A DNA stretch of 56,646 bases, filler included, from Sphacelaria rigidula (lineage: Eukaryota), in assembly GCA_964200075.2 (NCBI GenBank). It is 7 parts of 7 records of this genome, joined end to end, with 100 filler letters (N's around TTAATTAATTAA, not from the genome) between each part and the next. Parts side by side here need not be neighbours in the genome. Positions count along the whole stretch, not along the records: positions 1 to 8,008 come from CAXNAA020012667.1; positions 8,109 to 16,115 come from CAXNAA020012668.1; 5 more parts are not named here. One strand, written 5' to 3'. Positions 1-14,400 of the stretch are shown here, piece by piece. Both the position numbers and the translations under genes were made by a program. The stretch's first letter is position 1. The number at the start of each line of letters is the position of its first letter. Under the pieces are notes generated by a model. The model saw only the letters and a list, made by a program, of their open reading frames with translations, did not search any database and had not been told where the DNA came from.

Positions 1-531
1 GACTAAGGCAAGCAAAGAATGAGTACGCCCCTCCCGCCCGCACCCACCAGTTGCGCACCCCAGGAAAACAGCACAGCAGGTAACGGAGAATTACCATCCA
101 GGATGGATGCAAGCTACAATTATTTTCTGCCTCTCCTTGTCTCGAGCCACGTATGTCACCATTTGATCCCTCAAATGGATGCGAAACAGCAGTGCCACTC
201 GAAGAAGATACTGCAAAAGTTACTCCATCTGCGGTGCAAAACAATGCCATTTTTTCCTTCACCTGATTGTCCGTTCCCGGCACTGCCGCCGACTCTCCAT
301 CTCCCTCGCCCAGGCCAAAGTGCCCCCAGTTCAGCGAGCTCCCGGGGCCACCTACGCAACAGCTCCCGTCTTCCACATCTTTCTCGCCTTCATTATCATC
401 GCCGCTCCCCTGTTCGACAATCACCGCTGTAGGAATTGATTGCTCGTTGCTTTCTGTCGGAGAGCACGTCGCCGATCCGCTGCTGTACCCCTCGCGCTTT
501 TTGTTATTCTGCCTCGACACCGCAGGAGATT

Positions 532-3500
532 TCAACCAAGCCACACCTCCGGTTGTGATTTTGTCTTCGAAACCGTCCGCATCTTGGCCTTCATCCTGCT
601 GCTTAGGGGAACATGGGATATAGCAGTGAAGAGAGAGTGGACAACGGGCGGAGGAACGTTCAGATGATACGTCAAAAGTTCGATAGGCTGATCATACCAT
701 TGCTGATCCAGCCAAGACCGCTCGAGGTGCCTTTGCATCTGATACACAGAAACTGTCAATCGTGAGCAGCTCGGACGAGGTAAACAGGGCGACGACCACA
801 ATAACGACAGCATCATTATCATCATCATCAACAACAACAACAACGGGGACGTAACAGTATCTTCATTCGTCAAAACTTTTCATCTCCTCGCACAATGCCG
901 TTCATATCAGTGAGCTCGAACCTTCATGTACCGATGACACCAACTGACAACCTGCAATGCATTCCTATAGGCACATGTTCCCAAGACCCTGAAAAGTAGG
1001 GATATTATATCACACTTAGTATTCTTGACAAATATGCTGCCGCGCTTTGGTGGTACAAAACCATGAAGTCGGAATAATACGGGTTCCACTCCCTGCATAT
1101 ACTTTTTCGTTCTTTCTAAAAACAATCCGGTTTCCGTCGTTGAAAAGCAAGAGAGTTTATCCGACGGGAGTCCATGCGCTGCAAAAGTGCTGATCCAATG
1201 GGCGATATACCAAATCGGAAGGCGCATGCTGGGTAAGAGATGACTCCACCCCCAGAGACCACGACCTCGTCTCGAGGAAGGGAAAGGGGTCGAATTGTGC
1301 CCCCCGCTCCCGCCCCCCCCCAAAAAATGACGAATATATATATATACATATATATTATATGAACTTTCCAGTGTCAGTTTTGGCATCAGTACATGGAGGT
1401 TCGGAACGATTACCCCGATTCCACCTCCTGTATGTACGAGAAATGTAGAAGTATACAAGTGAAGCAATGTTTTTGTCAACACTCGAAAAAATGTAGATAA
1501 GAAGGCGTCCAATGCGCGATGATATGCAGAAACAAATACACACAAACCACATACAAGTGCACACACGCAGAGAGCAACAAGACAAAATAGTGCCGAGCGG
1601 GGAAGAACATCGAATGAAAAGATGATCGCTTTTGGGGTATCGGGTACCGTGCAATGTTGGATGTTTCACGCGTAGAGTAGACAATGTTGAGCCAACGACC
1701 CAGCCAGCCGAGCCACCCTTTACTCACCCGCTGGAAGCGTGGCGAGTAGGTACCTTCGCTGATGTGGATGCCCTGTCCAACCCTTTGCTCACGGGCATGA
1801 CACTCGCGAATCAGAGGGGAAGAGCGCCAGGAAGAGCTGGCACACGTCAACACCGAAAACCCCAAGAAGCGGCGGGTGTATGCATATGAGGGGAGGGGGG
1901 GGGCGTGCACATATGAGGGGAGGAGGGTAACAATAAGCAGGAAGCTGACTGTCACAAAAAAAAAAAAACATGTACGATGAAGGATGGAGTACGTTCGCAT
2001 CACACGAATATATATATACAGATATATAGAGCATGCGCCAATTAATTTCTTGAGTCCATAGACTCGTCCCGAGAAAGAGGGCTGAAAGTGCGTTGACAAA
2101 AATGTCCATAGTGCACCACAAATCACGTCCCTACGTCAAGCAATGATGTAGCGTGCTGCTCGCCAGCCCAGGGCGTACGGAACGGTATTTCTCATTTTTT
2201 GTTGTAAACGGTTGTTCTCCACAACGCTTGTGGAAATTGTCCCATTTCACGGTCATTCTCCACATCGCACCCTCCTTCATCAGACCCTTTGCTATTCCAG
2301 CGAGGAGCTTCCAGGTATAAACTTCATCGCCGGCAAGCAGCAGTGGAAATACTTTTTGCTCCTTTCTCGTGACATAGTACCCCAAGTTCGAAATCGGCAC
2401 GGCCTAATTTGGGATTTTCCTCGCGTATGCTCTTCAATAGAACTTGAATTTGCGAGCGTCGATACTTTTAGATAAAATAGACAGATCGTCTTCCCCCCCC
2501 CCCCCAGTGCTCAAGTTAGTGCTGGTCGACGTGATCGGGTGATACGAGGAGGTACCCCGTTTATCAGGAGGGTGTTATTGACCGTGAAACACAGTTATTC
2601 TGCTCTGGTGCAGTAAGTAGGTAGAGTAATAATTAATAAAAAGCATTTTCGTTTTTTCACAGATACGATCGGAACAGGCTCGATCGACCCTAAATACTAA
2701 AGAGTCAGAATCTGGGCTGAAATGCGGCAGGACCCCCGATGACCGGTCAGCCCGTGAGTCACTCAATATGCAGTACAGATGATTTTTTTTTTCTTGGCAT
2801 GCGGAACGGATACTAGTATCTCCAGGTCCCCAATGTGATGAGCGGTGGCAAGCAAAATAACCTAAGAAAATCGCCAATTACAAAGAAATCACCAAATTTC
2901 CCACTTTGAACTTTTGGGGGTACTGTACATTTTCTAGTCTTGGTGCGTGTGAGCTCCCATCATCTCCGCGCCGTGCCGTCAGGACAAACTTTGTACGAAA
3001 ATGATACAGTGTCGAAGCTACAGTATTATATCAGGTCCTTCACGACTTCTTCGACCTGCTCGATACTGGCGAGTGAAATCTTGTAGGCGGAGGGATGCTA
3101 CGGTAGGGGTGCACAAATATTTTCTGAGGTTTGAATTTTTAGGAGCCCTTCATCTCATCCAAAACACGACTTTTGAAATATGTGAGAGTACACTAGGATT
3201 ACTAGTCCAACGGGCTAGGGATGTCCCAAACGAATTTGCAAACGGGGGTGCCCTGCCCCATGTTCATGTGCATCTAGAATCTTTAGGAGCCCCTGGACCA
3301 GACATTACATCGCGCAAAGAGTGCACCCCTACCGTAGCATTGCTCGGCGGTGATCGACGTCGGATTCGAAGTCACGACTCCCCTGACCCCGAGGTGACCG
3401 GTCCTCAACGGACCGAATCTCGGAAGAGTTTTTAGTCCCTCGGAGACATATGTCCTGATTGTCCTCTTCGGCAACTATTCTCCTCACGGTGAGCGATCGG

Positions 3501-5795
3501 AACATGCCATCCTGAACGCATGCCCCAATTACAGGTTAAGTTCTACGTATGATAGTGGTGGAAATGAACCAGTATCTGAATGCTGCCCCCGTCTGTTGCT
3601 CCCCCACCTCCGAAACCGATGAAGATCCGACCACGAATCCTCAATGACCAATCTCTATTAACACTGACAAAACGTTTTTTTTACTGTTTTCATCGGGACC
3701 GGTTGTTCGTGTTCTTCTCCGTTCCGTCCCTTTTTTCCCGTTTAATTTTCCTTGTTTTGATGTTTTGTTGAACCTCTCTCGTTTTTGTTCACTTCACTCC
3801 ATTAGCTTTTTTTGTTGCATTTTTTTTCTCTCCGTCGTCTTCTCCCTTTTTCTCGAGTTAGTTTCTTTCAGCGAGGGTTTTCTATTCTGTTCTATCTTGG
3901 GTAGAGCACTCCCATCTTGTAACCAACCACCACTGGATCCCCCAGGGATCGATTACCGTGCGACAAATGATGAATAAATAAAACAAAAGAAAAGAAAAAC
4001 AATAAAACAAAATAACATAAAAACCAATTGATTCGAAGCTCATCTTCACATACTCTGTAGAGCTCCAAGTATATCCTCGGGCAAGCTGCAGCACCCAAGA
4101 ATACGAAACGGAAACACTAACGACATCATCACCATCACCCACAAACGCAACGACAAGACCCCGTCTTCGTGCACCTGCTCGAGGACAGCGCGCCGCTTGT
4201 TCGCCCGACGGCATCCGCCGCCGCAAGCATGTTCATGTCATGTACGGCAATTTGGAGAAGGTCCACGGGGCCCAGATCAGCCTCCGCAACTCGAGCGGCC
4301 TCTCGACCTCTTCGCGACGGCCTCGCCGGCGTCCTGTTGAATCCGACGCCGAAAGGATGGATATGTTGCATCATTGCGCTGGGGGCCCGGGTGACATCAG
4401 GAAGCACCAGTCAGCCTGCAGCATGTATTGTCGTCTACTCTGAGTCGCCATGTAGGCGACACGATAAAAACAACCCTGCCCGCCCCCCACCCGCCCCTGC
4501 GAACGGTGATCCGTCTCGAAAGGGATGCGTGATCAATGGTCAAACGACTAAGGCAAGGAACAGATTAGTATACCCCCCCCTCCCCCACCTACCCGTCCCT
4601 GTGTTAACTACGACAGAGTGAAGTTTTCCCACCCAATAAACCCGAACCATGGGGCACATCCTCGACTAAGTGGCGAAACGGAAGAAGTGCTGTTATCATG
4701 ATGTTGGTAAGTCCGGCATATCGGGAAATACCTCTGACAACTTCTACTTGCAAGCACCCACCCCGTCAAAATGACAGTGTCTTTTCGATACTACAGAGAG
4801 ACTTTTCCCTTTTGTCATGTTCCAATTGCATGTGTGTGCTGCTGCTGCTGCTGTTGTAATCCCGCTGTATCAAACCCTGCGCTGTATCATCGGCAGTGCA
4901 TTTTAGCAATGACATTAATCGTTGATACATTTGCACGACCATCACCCTCGCTCCGCCCTCTGCCGGATGCGTAGCCAACCTGGGGCGACAACTAGGGCAC
5001 CCGGAATATGAGTACTTCCCTGCCAATTTCCCCCTCCCCCCCCCCTTTTTTTCTATTCCGTCCTCACCGCTCCTCTTCGTCATCTAGCTGCGCCTCCAGC
5101 TTGGCGATCTTTTTGCGAAGTCGTGGCTTGTACGCCTGAAACACGTTGCAACATCACGTTCGCGTTTTCAACAAGTCGGGCAATTGGCGGTACGAGTAAG
5201 ACGTGATGTGGGCTGGCTAAGATGCAACACAAGTAGGAACATACCACCACGCGGAAGAGGCACGGTGCAACAATCAACCATAGAAACCAGAGGGCAACGC
5301 CAATTCATGAAAAATACATTACCGGGCCAACTTGTAACGTACGATTCGATTGTATCGAGCGCGTCTCACCTCAATGCAACTCGTACGGTATGTCAAACGC
5401 TATACTCGCAGACGTAGTACACATACACATCCCTCCCTCAACATGGTGAAAGGGCTACAATAATAGCGTGTGTGCGACTGCTACATGCCTACCCACATGG
5501 TCCCAGATTCGTCAGTGTTGCGCGTCATTTTCCGCCCCTGTCCAGGTCATTGTCATATTTCTCGGCGGAGTCGGGTGGAGATACCTGAACACATGTCCAA
5601 CACTCGTGAGTCTTGCACGTCATTATCCAACCCTGCCTGATTCATTATCGTACTTCTCGCTGGAGTCGAGTAGTCGAGTGCGGGGAGCCTTCCAGATATC
5701 GTTCAGTCCCATTAGCGTCACCAGCCTTACCCTCGAGTTCGACTCCTCCAACTCAATCCGAGTCCACGAGACGTGTCACACGTTCTATGAAACCT
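532..5795 (-). pseudogene. Possible decayed multi-exon gene of unknown product
   Basis: Several minus-strand segments have good AG/GT borders: ~5068-5135 (AYKPRLRKKIAKLEAQLDDEEER), ~4175-4415, ~2135-2365, ~1726-1803 and ~532-739. I cannot chain them in frame without stops and recognise no domain. Confidence 0.25.
4510..4590 (+). repeat. Interspersed repeat CCGTCTCGAAAGGGATGCGT...GACTAAGGCAAG...poly-C, possibly a retroelement end
   Basis: Related copies at 1-35, 6488-6508 and inverted at ~40365-40433. Two of the copies sit at contig ends. Confidence 0.6.
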
Positions 5796-7084
5796 CTACA
5801 GGGTAAAAAAAGCCACTTTCCACGCGTCGAAATTTTTGCGGGTACGGGTGTACCCCCCCCCCCCCCCCCCCCCCCCCGTTGTCCACAGATTCCGCCTATG
5901 TTTGCCATCATTCCCAACCGTCGAGTCATATCTTCCGTACCTCGGGAAGAGTTACCATCGCAGTTTCATAATTGCGCAGCGCGGCTGCTAGGCGCCCCTC
6001 GCTGGCCGCCTCCTTTCCCTCCGTGATCAATACTCTGTTTAGTGTGTCGACGAAAACATGTTGTGGATTTAGCGTCAACTTTTGTATGAAGGCACGGAGA
6101 ACCATCTAGAGGGTCATGTGCTCACTGGAATAAGATTTGACCGTAAGGCATACGAAGTAGTTTGTTCACCTATTCGAACTTGGGAAGGCTGGAGACTCTG
6201 CCGTGTATGCAGTGCACACTTATGAATTCCACGTAGTTACAACCCGGGGCAGATTATCACCACCATATCGGCCTCCCGCTTGCCACGGACTGCGCGGTAC
6301 CGCATGCTCTGGGGCTGCATGATTTGCCTGTTTGCTCGATTGTTTGCTTTCTGTCGTGTTTTCTCCTGCTACTTTTTGTTGTGTATGTTTTCTGTTCTTG
6401 TTTCCTTTTTGTGTATTGTTTTTTTCGTGACATGGTTACTTTCTTTCCCCGTCCCTCTTTTCTCTTCCACCTCTCCCGTTCCCTGCTCCGTCTCGAAAGG
6501 GATGCGTACATGTAGTAGTTATTTTAACTACTACTTCGTCTGGTAACTCCATGGTTGCGTTACAGGTATGCCCCGTTGCTCCTTTCTTTTGTTCCATCCA
6601 AGTTTTTTTGTGCGGGAGGTGTATTTCTATTGGTGTGGCGAATGTGCCGCCTGAAGCTCACCGCTGCATGTGAGATGCTCCCCACCAGAGGAGTTGTGTA
6701 TTCTACGCGTGGTTTCCCGGTGATCTTCAATCTCCCGACCACGGGTCTGAATACAAGAGCTGATCTGATAAATCAAAATAAAATCAAGACGTGGAACACA
6801 CATGACATGTGGCGCTGAACCGATCTCCGTAGATCATAGATGTGCAAGACCAAGGACAGCAGAGGCGAATGTTTATGTTACATACTGCTGGGAATACGGC
6901 GACGAACCGCTCGTTTTTTTAGCTCTCCGAGAAGCTGCGAGACTTCATCTGGAGACACTCTGTGTGTATCATGACCTTGAAGGCAGTTTTGTTGTAAGAA
7001 ACAGTACGGTACGATGAAATTGTAGCAAGTTTGTGAATGCTACAGTCGGTATTCGTGGCCGGAATACGACCGTGCTACAGCTTG

Positions 7085-7232
7085 CTTTTTGTTCGCATCA
7101 CTGTGAACCCTTTGCCTTCCTCGGGGCGAGTCCGTGGTCTCGAAGGACCAGCCCATTTCTCCCCAGGCGCACGCCTTATATATTGATTTCGCGGTTTGGA
7201 TCAGTCCTCCCGTGCCGCGTCTGCACGACCGC
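7085..7232 (-). mobile_element. 5'-truncated SINE/LINE-tail fragment
   Basis: Its reverse complement aligns with the 3' half of the SINE at 49693-50000 (GAGACCACGGACTC...CGAGGAAGG...GGTTCA). Another tail copy lies at ~43356-43432. Confidence 0.65.
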
Positions 7233-8008
7233 CTCTTCACGCGATGAATGAGAATAGAGCTATAGTTTGTCCTGGTGCGGCTCTGAAATCCGATGGGTTT
7301 CCAAATATTTGGTTTGAAACAGCGTCGACCATTCCATGCATATCTGTACAGCGCTCGCAGTTCAAAGTTCGTGCAGCATGTTCGCAGCGTGCGCAGGGCC
7401 CATTTATGGCTCAAATCGGCGCCTGACGAAGGTCTATTCGCCTAGTGGAGCACTACATGTGCCTCCCTTGCTTGCCTGGAGGTTCTCGATCTGCCTCAGG
7501 GTTCGTGTTAGGCCTATGAAGCGCTACTTGTACGGTTTGACAAAAAATAGTTGTGCTCATTCATCGGAATTCGGAGTGGAACTGGGATGAACATGCGCTC
7601 GCTAAAGTTGCCGGCAGGCCGAAACAGACATTAATAGGACCTTTTAGGCAACAATCTTCTCGTTCTCATAAGAAGTGGTCGTTACCGTCGTCTGAGATAT
7701 GCAATGCATGCATGCTGTGCTTTCCGGCGATCTTTGAAACTTCTGGTCGAGGTCTTCGAGTTGCTTCTAACTTGAAAAAAACGACGCAGAATCGGTCATC
7801 ATAGAAGGTGTGGGTGGGTTTTTATTTCCCCCCATATGGGGATGATCGTACTACGTAGTGTTTACATTTTGAGACACCCATGAGGCAGCGTAGAAGCCGT
7901 GGCTGTCTCTGGAAGTGGCGATACCAGAAAATGAAGCAACTCATTGTAGGCTGTCATCCGAATGCAAGATCATCAGTAGGCTTCGGCCTGAAACATCTTG
8001 GCAGGATG

Positions 8009-8108
8009 NNNNNNNNNNNNNNNNNNNNNNNNNNNNNNNNNNNNNNNNNNNNTTAATTAATTAANNNNNNNNNNNNNNNNNNNNNNNNNNNNNNNNNNNN
8101 NNNNNNNN
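8009..8108. other. Artificial contig spacer (N-run, TTAATTAATTAA, N-run); the same spacer recurs at 16116-16215, 24223-24322, 32329-32428, 40435-40534 and 48541-48640
   Basis: Six 100-bp spacers with the same six-frame-stop linker. The intervening contigs are 8008, 8007, 8007, 8006, 8006, 8006 and 8006 bp, i.e. length-sorted concatenation. Confidence 0.97.
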
Positions 8109-8403
8109 TGTTGTTGTTGGTTTGTCTTTTTGTGTGGTGTTGGGGGGGGGTGGGGGGGGGGGGGGGGGGGGGGGGGGGTGTTGCATTCAAAAGGGGGTTC
8201 ACGGATGTGTTACACATCTTTCACATTCGCCATGGACCGTACGCAAGGGCTCAAGCAACTCCCCCCCGAATCGTGGCATCACTGGCTTGTCTGAACGAAA
8301 AGATCAAGCACATGGCACACCGTACATGACAAATGTACATGAAAATATGCATGGCACTTCATTTTCTGCTCCGTCATCGCAGAGTGTAGCTTCATCTCTT
8401 CAC

Positions 8404-11400
8404 CTGTCGAAATACCATGGCCCCACCATTGCCAACAAACTGTTTCACTTCCTTCACTCCCGGGATGCTTCCCGGTCCCCCGAGACCTAGCTCTTCTCGC
8501 TTCGACCACATCAAGCCTACATATACTAAAGCGCCCACCTGCAACATGGACGATACGATGCGCACAAACAACCGAAAGCACATCATGACGTCAAAAAAGC
8601 ATGCGGAGCCCAAAATCTACACGACACATGGCGATGGTGACACGCTCGGCCGAGTACAGTATGACCCAAAACTTTGCCATAACGGTGGGGGCGAAAAAGA
8701 AAAAGATGGAAGGATCGCCATCATGAAGCAGCGGGAGCAAAACAGGGAAAGGGAGACAAGCGGGGGGCAGGAGAAGAGAACACACCAGCAATTTCGTCCG
8801 TACAAAACAGGGGTCACGACCTCCAAAGAATGGCACCACAGAGCACTCGAGATCCGTTGCGTGGAAGAAGAGATCACCAGTGCTGTCATCAATCTCGGCG
8901 CACTTGCTTCGCCGACGCCACTTTATACTCCATGAACGGCAGTGGCGTCTATCGGACAGGCAACCCACCACACTGACATCTGATGTTTTCCCAAAAAAGG
9001 TCTATAGATTCTACCCCACAGCACAGTCAGCAACAAGATACACACTTCGCCGTTGCGGGAACCTGTTAGATTGCCTGAGCTGAGGTTGGAGAGACCATAC
9101 ATCTCGCACGTGGGAGACTGAGGCATCCTTGATGAGAGGGTTCCTGCTGGGACCCTTAACTTGTATACACAAAATGATTTACATTCCCGAACGATCCCGT
9201 TCACTGCGCCGAAAGATTTCGACGAGATACTTCCAATAGCCGAACTTACGGCGTCGGCGGTACGGCTACAGCTCCTCTCGAAAAGATGTTCACCCAGAAA
9301 GTTACACGCGGGGCAATGTGTTGTGCTGCCGTACATACGATAACTCGAGCGCAAGAACTCGCATAAACCCTGTGGCAGTTGTTCCCTACGGCACATATGG
9401 TGCTCAACAGCCCAAAGCTCACCCATTGGGCTGCTGCCGTGGCGATTGCCGCTCCCGCCACGTTTAGCCCGCACGTGAACATGAGAAATGGATCTAGCAC
9501 CACGTTCACAAGCCCCACCACGGCAGCGTTCAAAAGACATGCCTTAGCTTCTCCCAAGCCCCTGCGTCATTGCATGACATGGAAGCCCAGGATACGGAGG
9601 CATGAAGCGGGATAAGGGAGCGATCATACGAACGCCATACATGCTGGGCTGAAATGTATCGAATGCGGCAGTTTGAAACAAATATGCCGCGGCACTACGC
9701 TCCACAGAGGTAATGTTGAGCTCCAATAGATTGTCTCCTCTGAATCAATTTCTAGGCTCACCTCCCACAGAAAGGGGCGGGAAAATATGAGTGGCGATGC
9801 CTTTCGATCAATCAGATCAGAGTCGTTCATGTACAAAAATGCGGCGACATTTCACCGATCAGATGAGAGCAACGAGTGGCGTATGAGTGGAAAAATAGCT
9901 TTGATCGGCCCACATATTGCGCCGCTGCGAGATAGACAGCCGCGACCATCTATCGCCGAGGATACAGCAGCTCGGTGCTAGCTCAGTTTCATTGCCTCAA
10001 CCTGCACACACCCGCCTTATGTGTCTTCCCCGATCGCAGCAGCCGACTACAACTCAAGTACAAAAGGAGACGCAACGGCCAGCTGCACAGCCATCACGTA
10101 ATTGTTTCAACTTTGCATAGACAGCACTTCGATCACACTCCAATTCTGTGCAGACCGAAATACGGCATACAGCAGTACAACTGATCGGGCAATTTGCAGC
10201 GCACACCACACGATGTTCGTCGTAGAGTGTTCAAATGCACAACAGCACAGCGACAACTACAACGTAGAAATGATGGTTGTGGGAAGTGCCTTGTTCGTTT
10301 GACGCGAGATGAAACAGCCAAGATACCATGAACTTTTCAACAGTGTGTAGGCAGCACTGCGTGCCGACTAACATCACTCTTTAGTCCGCTTCTTCTCGTC
10401 TGAAAACAGACTCTCTGAAAACTTCCCTGTTTGATATTCTTATCGCGGATTTTTGGCGGAATACGGACTTTGTCGGATTTGGCCTCCTCTGAAAGATTTG
10501 CTATGTTTCCCACGAGGATTCTAGCGCACTTTCCCGATTTTTCGTACGCCAACTTTTACTTTTGGCCGGCTTTCCGATTTTTTTAGTCGCCCCGAAAATC
10601 GTCCAGTTGTCCGGAAAAGACGTACTTTTCCCCGACTACTCAAAGATTTTGGGACGACTACAGTGTTATTAAAAAAACAGGAATCTGGCTAAAAGTAAAA
10701 CTAGGCGTACGAAAGTCGGGAAAATGCGCTAGAATCCTCGTGGAAAACATAGCAAATTTTTCAGAGGAGGCCCAATCTACCAAGGTTCTTGTTCCGCCAA
10801 ATATCCGCGATGAATGCTCAAAAAGGGCAGTTCTCGGAGAGTCCGTTTTCAGACTATGAGAAATGCCCTTACACAGCAGACCACATTGACAAGAAAACAA
10901 CTCAGGCAGTCCCAGCGGATACCAAACCGTCGTCGCAAAGGTCTACACACACCACAGCGCAGTGACAGCTACAGGACATGAGAGAGGACGTGAGTGTATT
11001 TTGTGCTGCAGTACAGTTAAACAGGACATATTCCATGTGACACTTTTTCCATTGACTTCAGACGACGGGTTCTCCATTTTGCCGAGTGCCGATTTTCAAA
11101 CGCCCGGCCCTAATCGCGCTACGCGCGAAAATCTTTGGACTCACGTTGAGTTACCGCTCTCTGTGGGAGGTGAGTCGAAATTTCGAGAACCCTTAACGCT
11201 ACACGTCACACATCCGTTACACGTCACGTCACGTCACGGCACAACGGTGTGACGTGACGTGACGTATTATTTTTCAAGACGTCACAAATGTGATGTCACG
11301 TATTATTTTTCCAGGGCGTCACAAATATGACGTGACGTGCCGTGTTATTATTGAGACGTCGCATAAACGTATTTTGAAACGTTTTTTTTGGCGTGTAACG

Positions 11401-14400
11401 TATTTTATATATTACATGTTTGTGAGGTCTAAATGAACGTCACAAACGCCACACGCTCAACCCTTTTGGAACTCACAACGGAAAATTGATCATTTGCAAT
11501 TGATGGTTTTTGAGCAAGATATGGTTGATGGTTCACAGCTTAGACGCAACAATATTCGTCCAACGCGTATTTTTCAGACCCGTACGAGTGACAAGTGGAA
11601 CAAGAGAAGGTTTCCTTTTTTCTTGCTGCGACCCGTCGGCGTTTTTTTCTACACGTACACTCATGAGCTCCTTCCCCAGCCACAGTGCGCGGCAGGCCTC
11701 TGTGAAGCATGCTCCCCGCCTGACCTGCACGCCCTGCTCGCTGCAGTTTATTCTTTTTGCCGTGTCATAGCAACAAGGGCAACGCCGATGGCACTTTCGC
11801 TGAATTTATGAACTGAAGGTGTAGTAAAATCCCAGGCAGTCACTTTTCCGTGCCGCCGGGGGGGGTGCGACACTGCCCTGTACAGTACTGGGTGTGTTTA
11901 CAGCAGTTTGGGGTAATCTCGACTGCAGACTCACGTCATGCACAACATCGTGCTCATGCACGTTCCGACAGCACCATCCCGCCGTTTCAAAAATGGGTAA
12001 AGGCGACGCAGACGCCATGTCCCCTGCAGTTATGCACCGTCACTGTGGTGTAGAGTCTGCCAAGTGCCGTCGCCCCAGGGGTGATACCTTACTGCTTCGT
12101 GTCACGTCTGTATTGTATTTTGAAAATTATCTCTGTAAAACGCGGGGTATGCACAGAACTGCGCTTTGCGAAATCCGTGCCGACAATATCATACTTCGGG
12201 CTGACTATTACACAACGGCGTAGCGAAAGGCACAGAAGCCCCACCACATCTATACCGCGGGTTGATCGTTCCCGACCGTTGCACAGGCATACTTCATGCT
12301 GCATGAGATTCATGACGCCGGCTACCGCTATCATCCCGTGCCGTCTACTCTCGTGGCCGACTTTTCACGACATGCCCATACTATCTTGCACGGAGTGTAG
12401 CCGCAAGTCAATAATGTAACCTACTGAATTTACTGACTGTAGTGTTTTTCATCTGGCCTGATTACGGTAGGCGGTGTCCGTTGGCTCCCTCCCGTGTACA
12501 TGTATATCGCCTGTTCGGACGCCTGCGATTACGCTCGCCATGTACCGCCCGCACAACCCACTGTGTAGGAGTACCTGAATAGATCTGCATACACGCGGTG
12601 AGCAATCAATTACAAGCGATACAGAATCGCATTGCAATGTTTTGACGTCCTGCGAAATTCCAACCGAATACCAGGTATCACCAACGTATGATTTGCATAT
12701 AATTGCGTTTGGATGTAACGTCATGAAAAGCCTGCGCGCATCTTGGTATCTCACTACCTTCTTGTCGTGTATCAAAAATGTTTCATGGGGTTTTTTTGGA
12801 TTTGCAACGTGAGAGTCAGGGACCCATGAACGATCCAGTTGCTGAAAAGCATCGTTACAGCGTCAGAATAGCCATCAGAACGCGCCTTATGCTCGAACAT
12901 GGCAGCCATCATGAACGTCCCGTACCAAGTTACGCTACATAAAACGTTACAACGTCGTACGTAGCGTTCATTTGCCCTCAACACGGTCAAAGTGTGATGT
13001 TTTTTTGACGTCACGTCCAAATGTAACGTTATTTTTACGTCACACGTCACATACAAACTTTTCACAATACGCCATCGGTACGTGACGTGAGGTATAATTT
13101 TTTAAGATATCACAAGTGTGACGTGACGTGACGTTTTAAAATGTGACGTGATGTGACGTGTAACGTGTAACGTTGAGTGACCTGGGATTTTCTATGGTTT
13201 ATTGGGCAGAAGAAAACAGAGAACTACATGAAGCTTCGTATGGACTAAAAACTAGCAAGAATTTTCGACGAGAACGACAGGTATCACTTACAGCAAGACC
13301 ATAGCTGCGCGAGCAAGCTTCAAAAATATATGGAAAGTCATACACAGCACGACGCACACCAGCGTCGAATCTCATTGACGGGCGTCAAACAACACCAGAC
13401 AACAGCGTCTCACAAGATATACAAGTCCCTCAGATATTGGATAATCAATTAAATGATGTCGTAATAATGTGTACCTGAATGCTCCGCATGCGACGAGCAT
13501 GAACATGTTGGCCGGAAACGCGGTAGAGCGCCACCTTAGATATGGCACAGCCAAGCCCATCACCTCCGGCGGAGCCCCCATGAGAGAAAGAAGACCCGCG
13601 GAATGAGCATAAAACACACCAGCCATCACTATTCCCAGCGCCACCGACAAACCCGACGCCAGCGTTAGAATCCTTCCTGTCGCCTCTCGGTTGTTGACGG
13701 CTCTGGACAGTGAATCGTGAGACAACATTTCCCGATTACAATACGAGTACAAGCATTTCAAGAAACAGACATACTAACTAAACGGTGTTGGTCACGTCAT
13801 GGAATCAGGATTGCGCAGAGGCAGACGGCGTCGAACGGTAACATCTACCAATGTTGAAATCAGGGGTGCATCACCGTAGAAACAGCCTGTAAGATAGCAG
13901 ATGTGGTTGTTTGGGTGACCGCCGTCATATACTTAGCGATGGCGGTATGCTTCGCAAATGAAGGTGTGTGTATGCGGCGACAGCCGTACCATGCTACCAT
14001 ACGAGTGCAGCTTCACGTACACGGTGCTTACTAAACATACGAGAACAGGTGCCATGGACGTCACAATGCGACGTACCGACAACACGTAACTTAGAGCGTA
14101 ATCTGCATCTTGACATACCGAACGTATCACACCCATTTCATTGATGCCATGCAAACGACAGCTGGACAATGCTCACCGTTGCTCCGAGACCAATACAGAG
14201 GTGGACACCATGAACGCGCAACTGCGGGTACGGAAGAGAGTCATCACAGAAACGCGGGGGCAGAAAAAATGTCGAATATTAGAAGGATGATCAACTATAG
14301 ATGGGTCGGGAACCATCGCCACGCATCTGGATTCGACACACGTGGAATATGTAAAATATGTTAACAAGGGAGAGCCAGTGCAGCCTTCGCCACAAAGTGT

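Noticed and set aside
907-2126. Long ORFs (219 and 216 aa) and most other short ORFs in the track
   Set aside because: Low-complexity, intron-like or antisense-shadow translations with no recognisable motifs.
8053-8064. Recurring TTAATTAATTAA palindrome as a biological repeat
   Set aside because: It is always centred in N-runs of a 100-bp spacer; it is an artificial six-frame stop linker.
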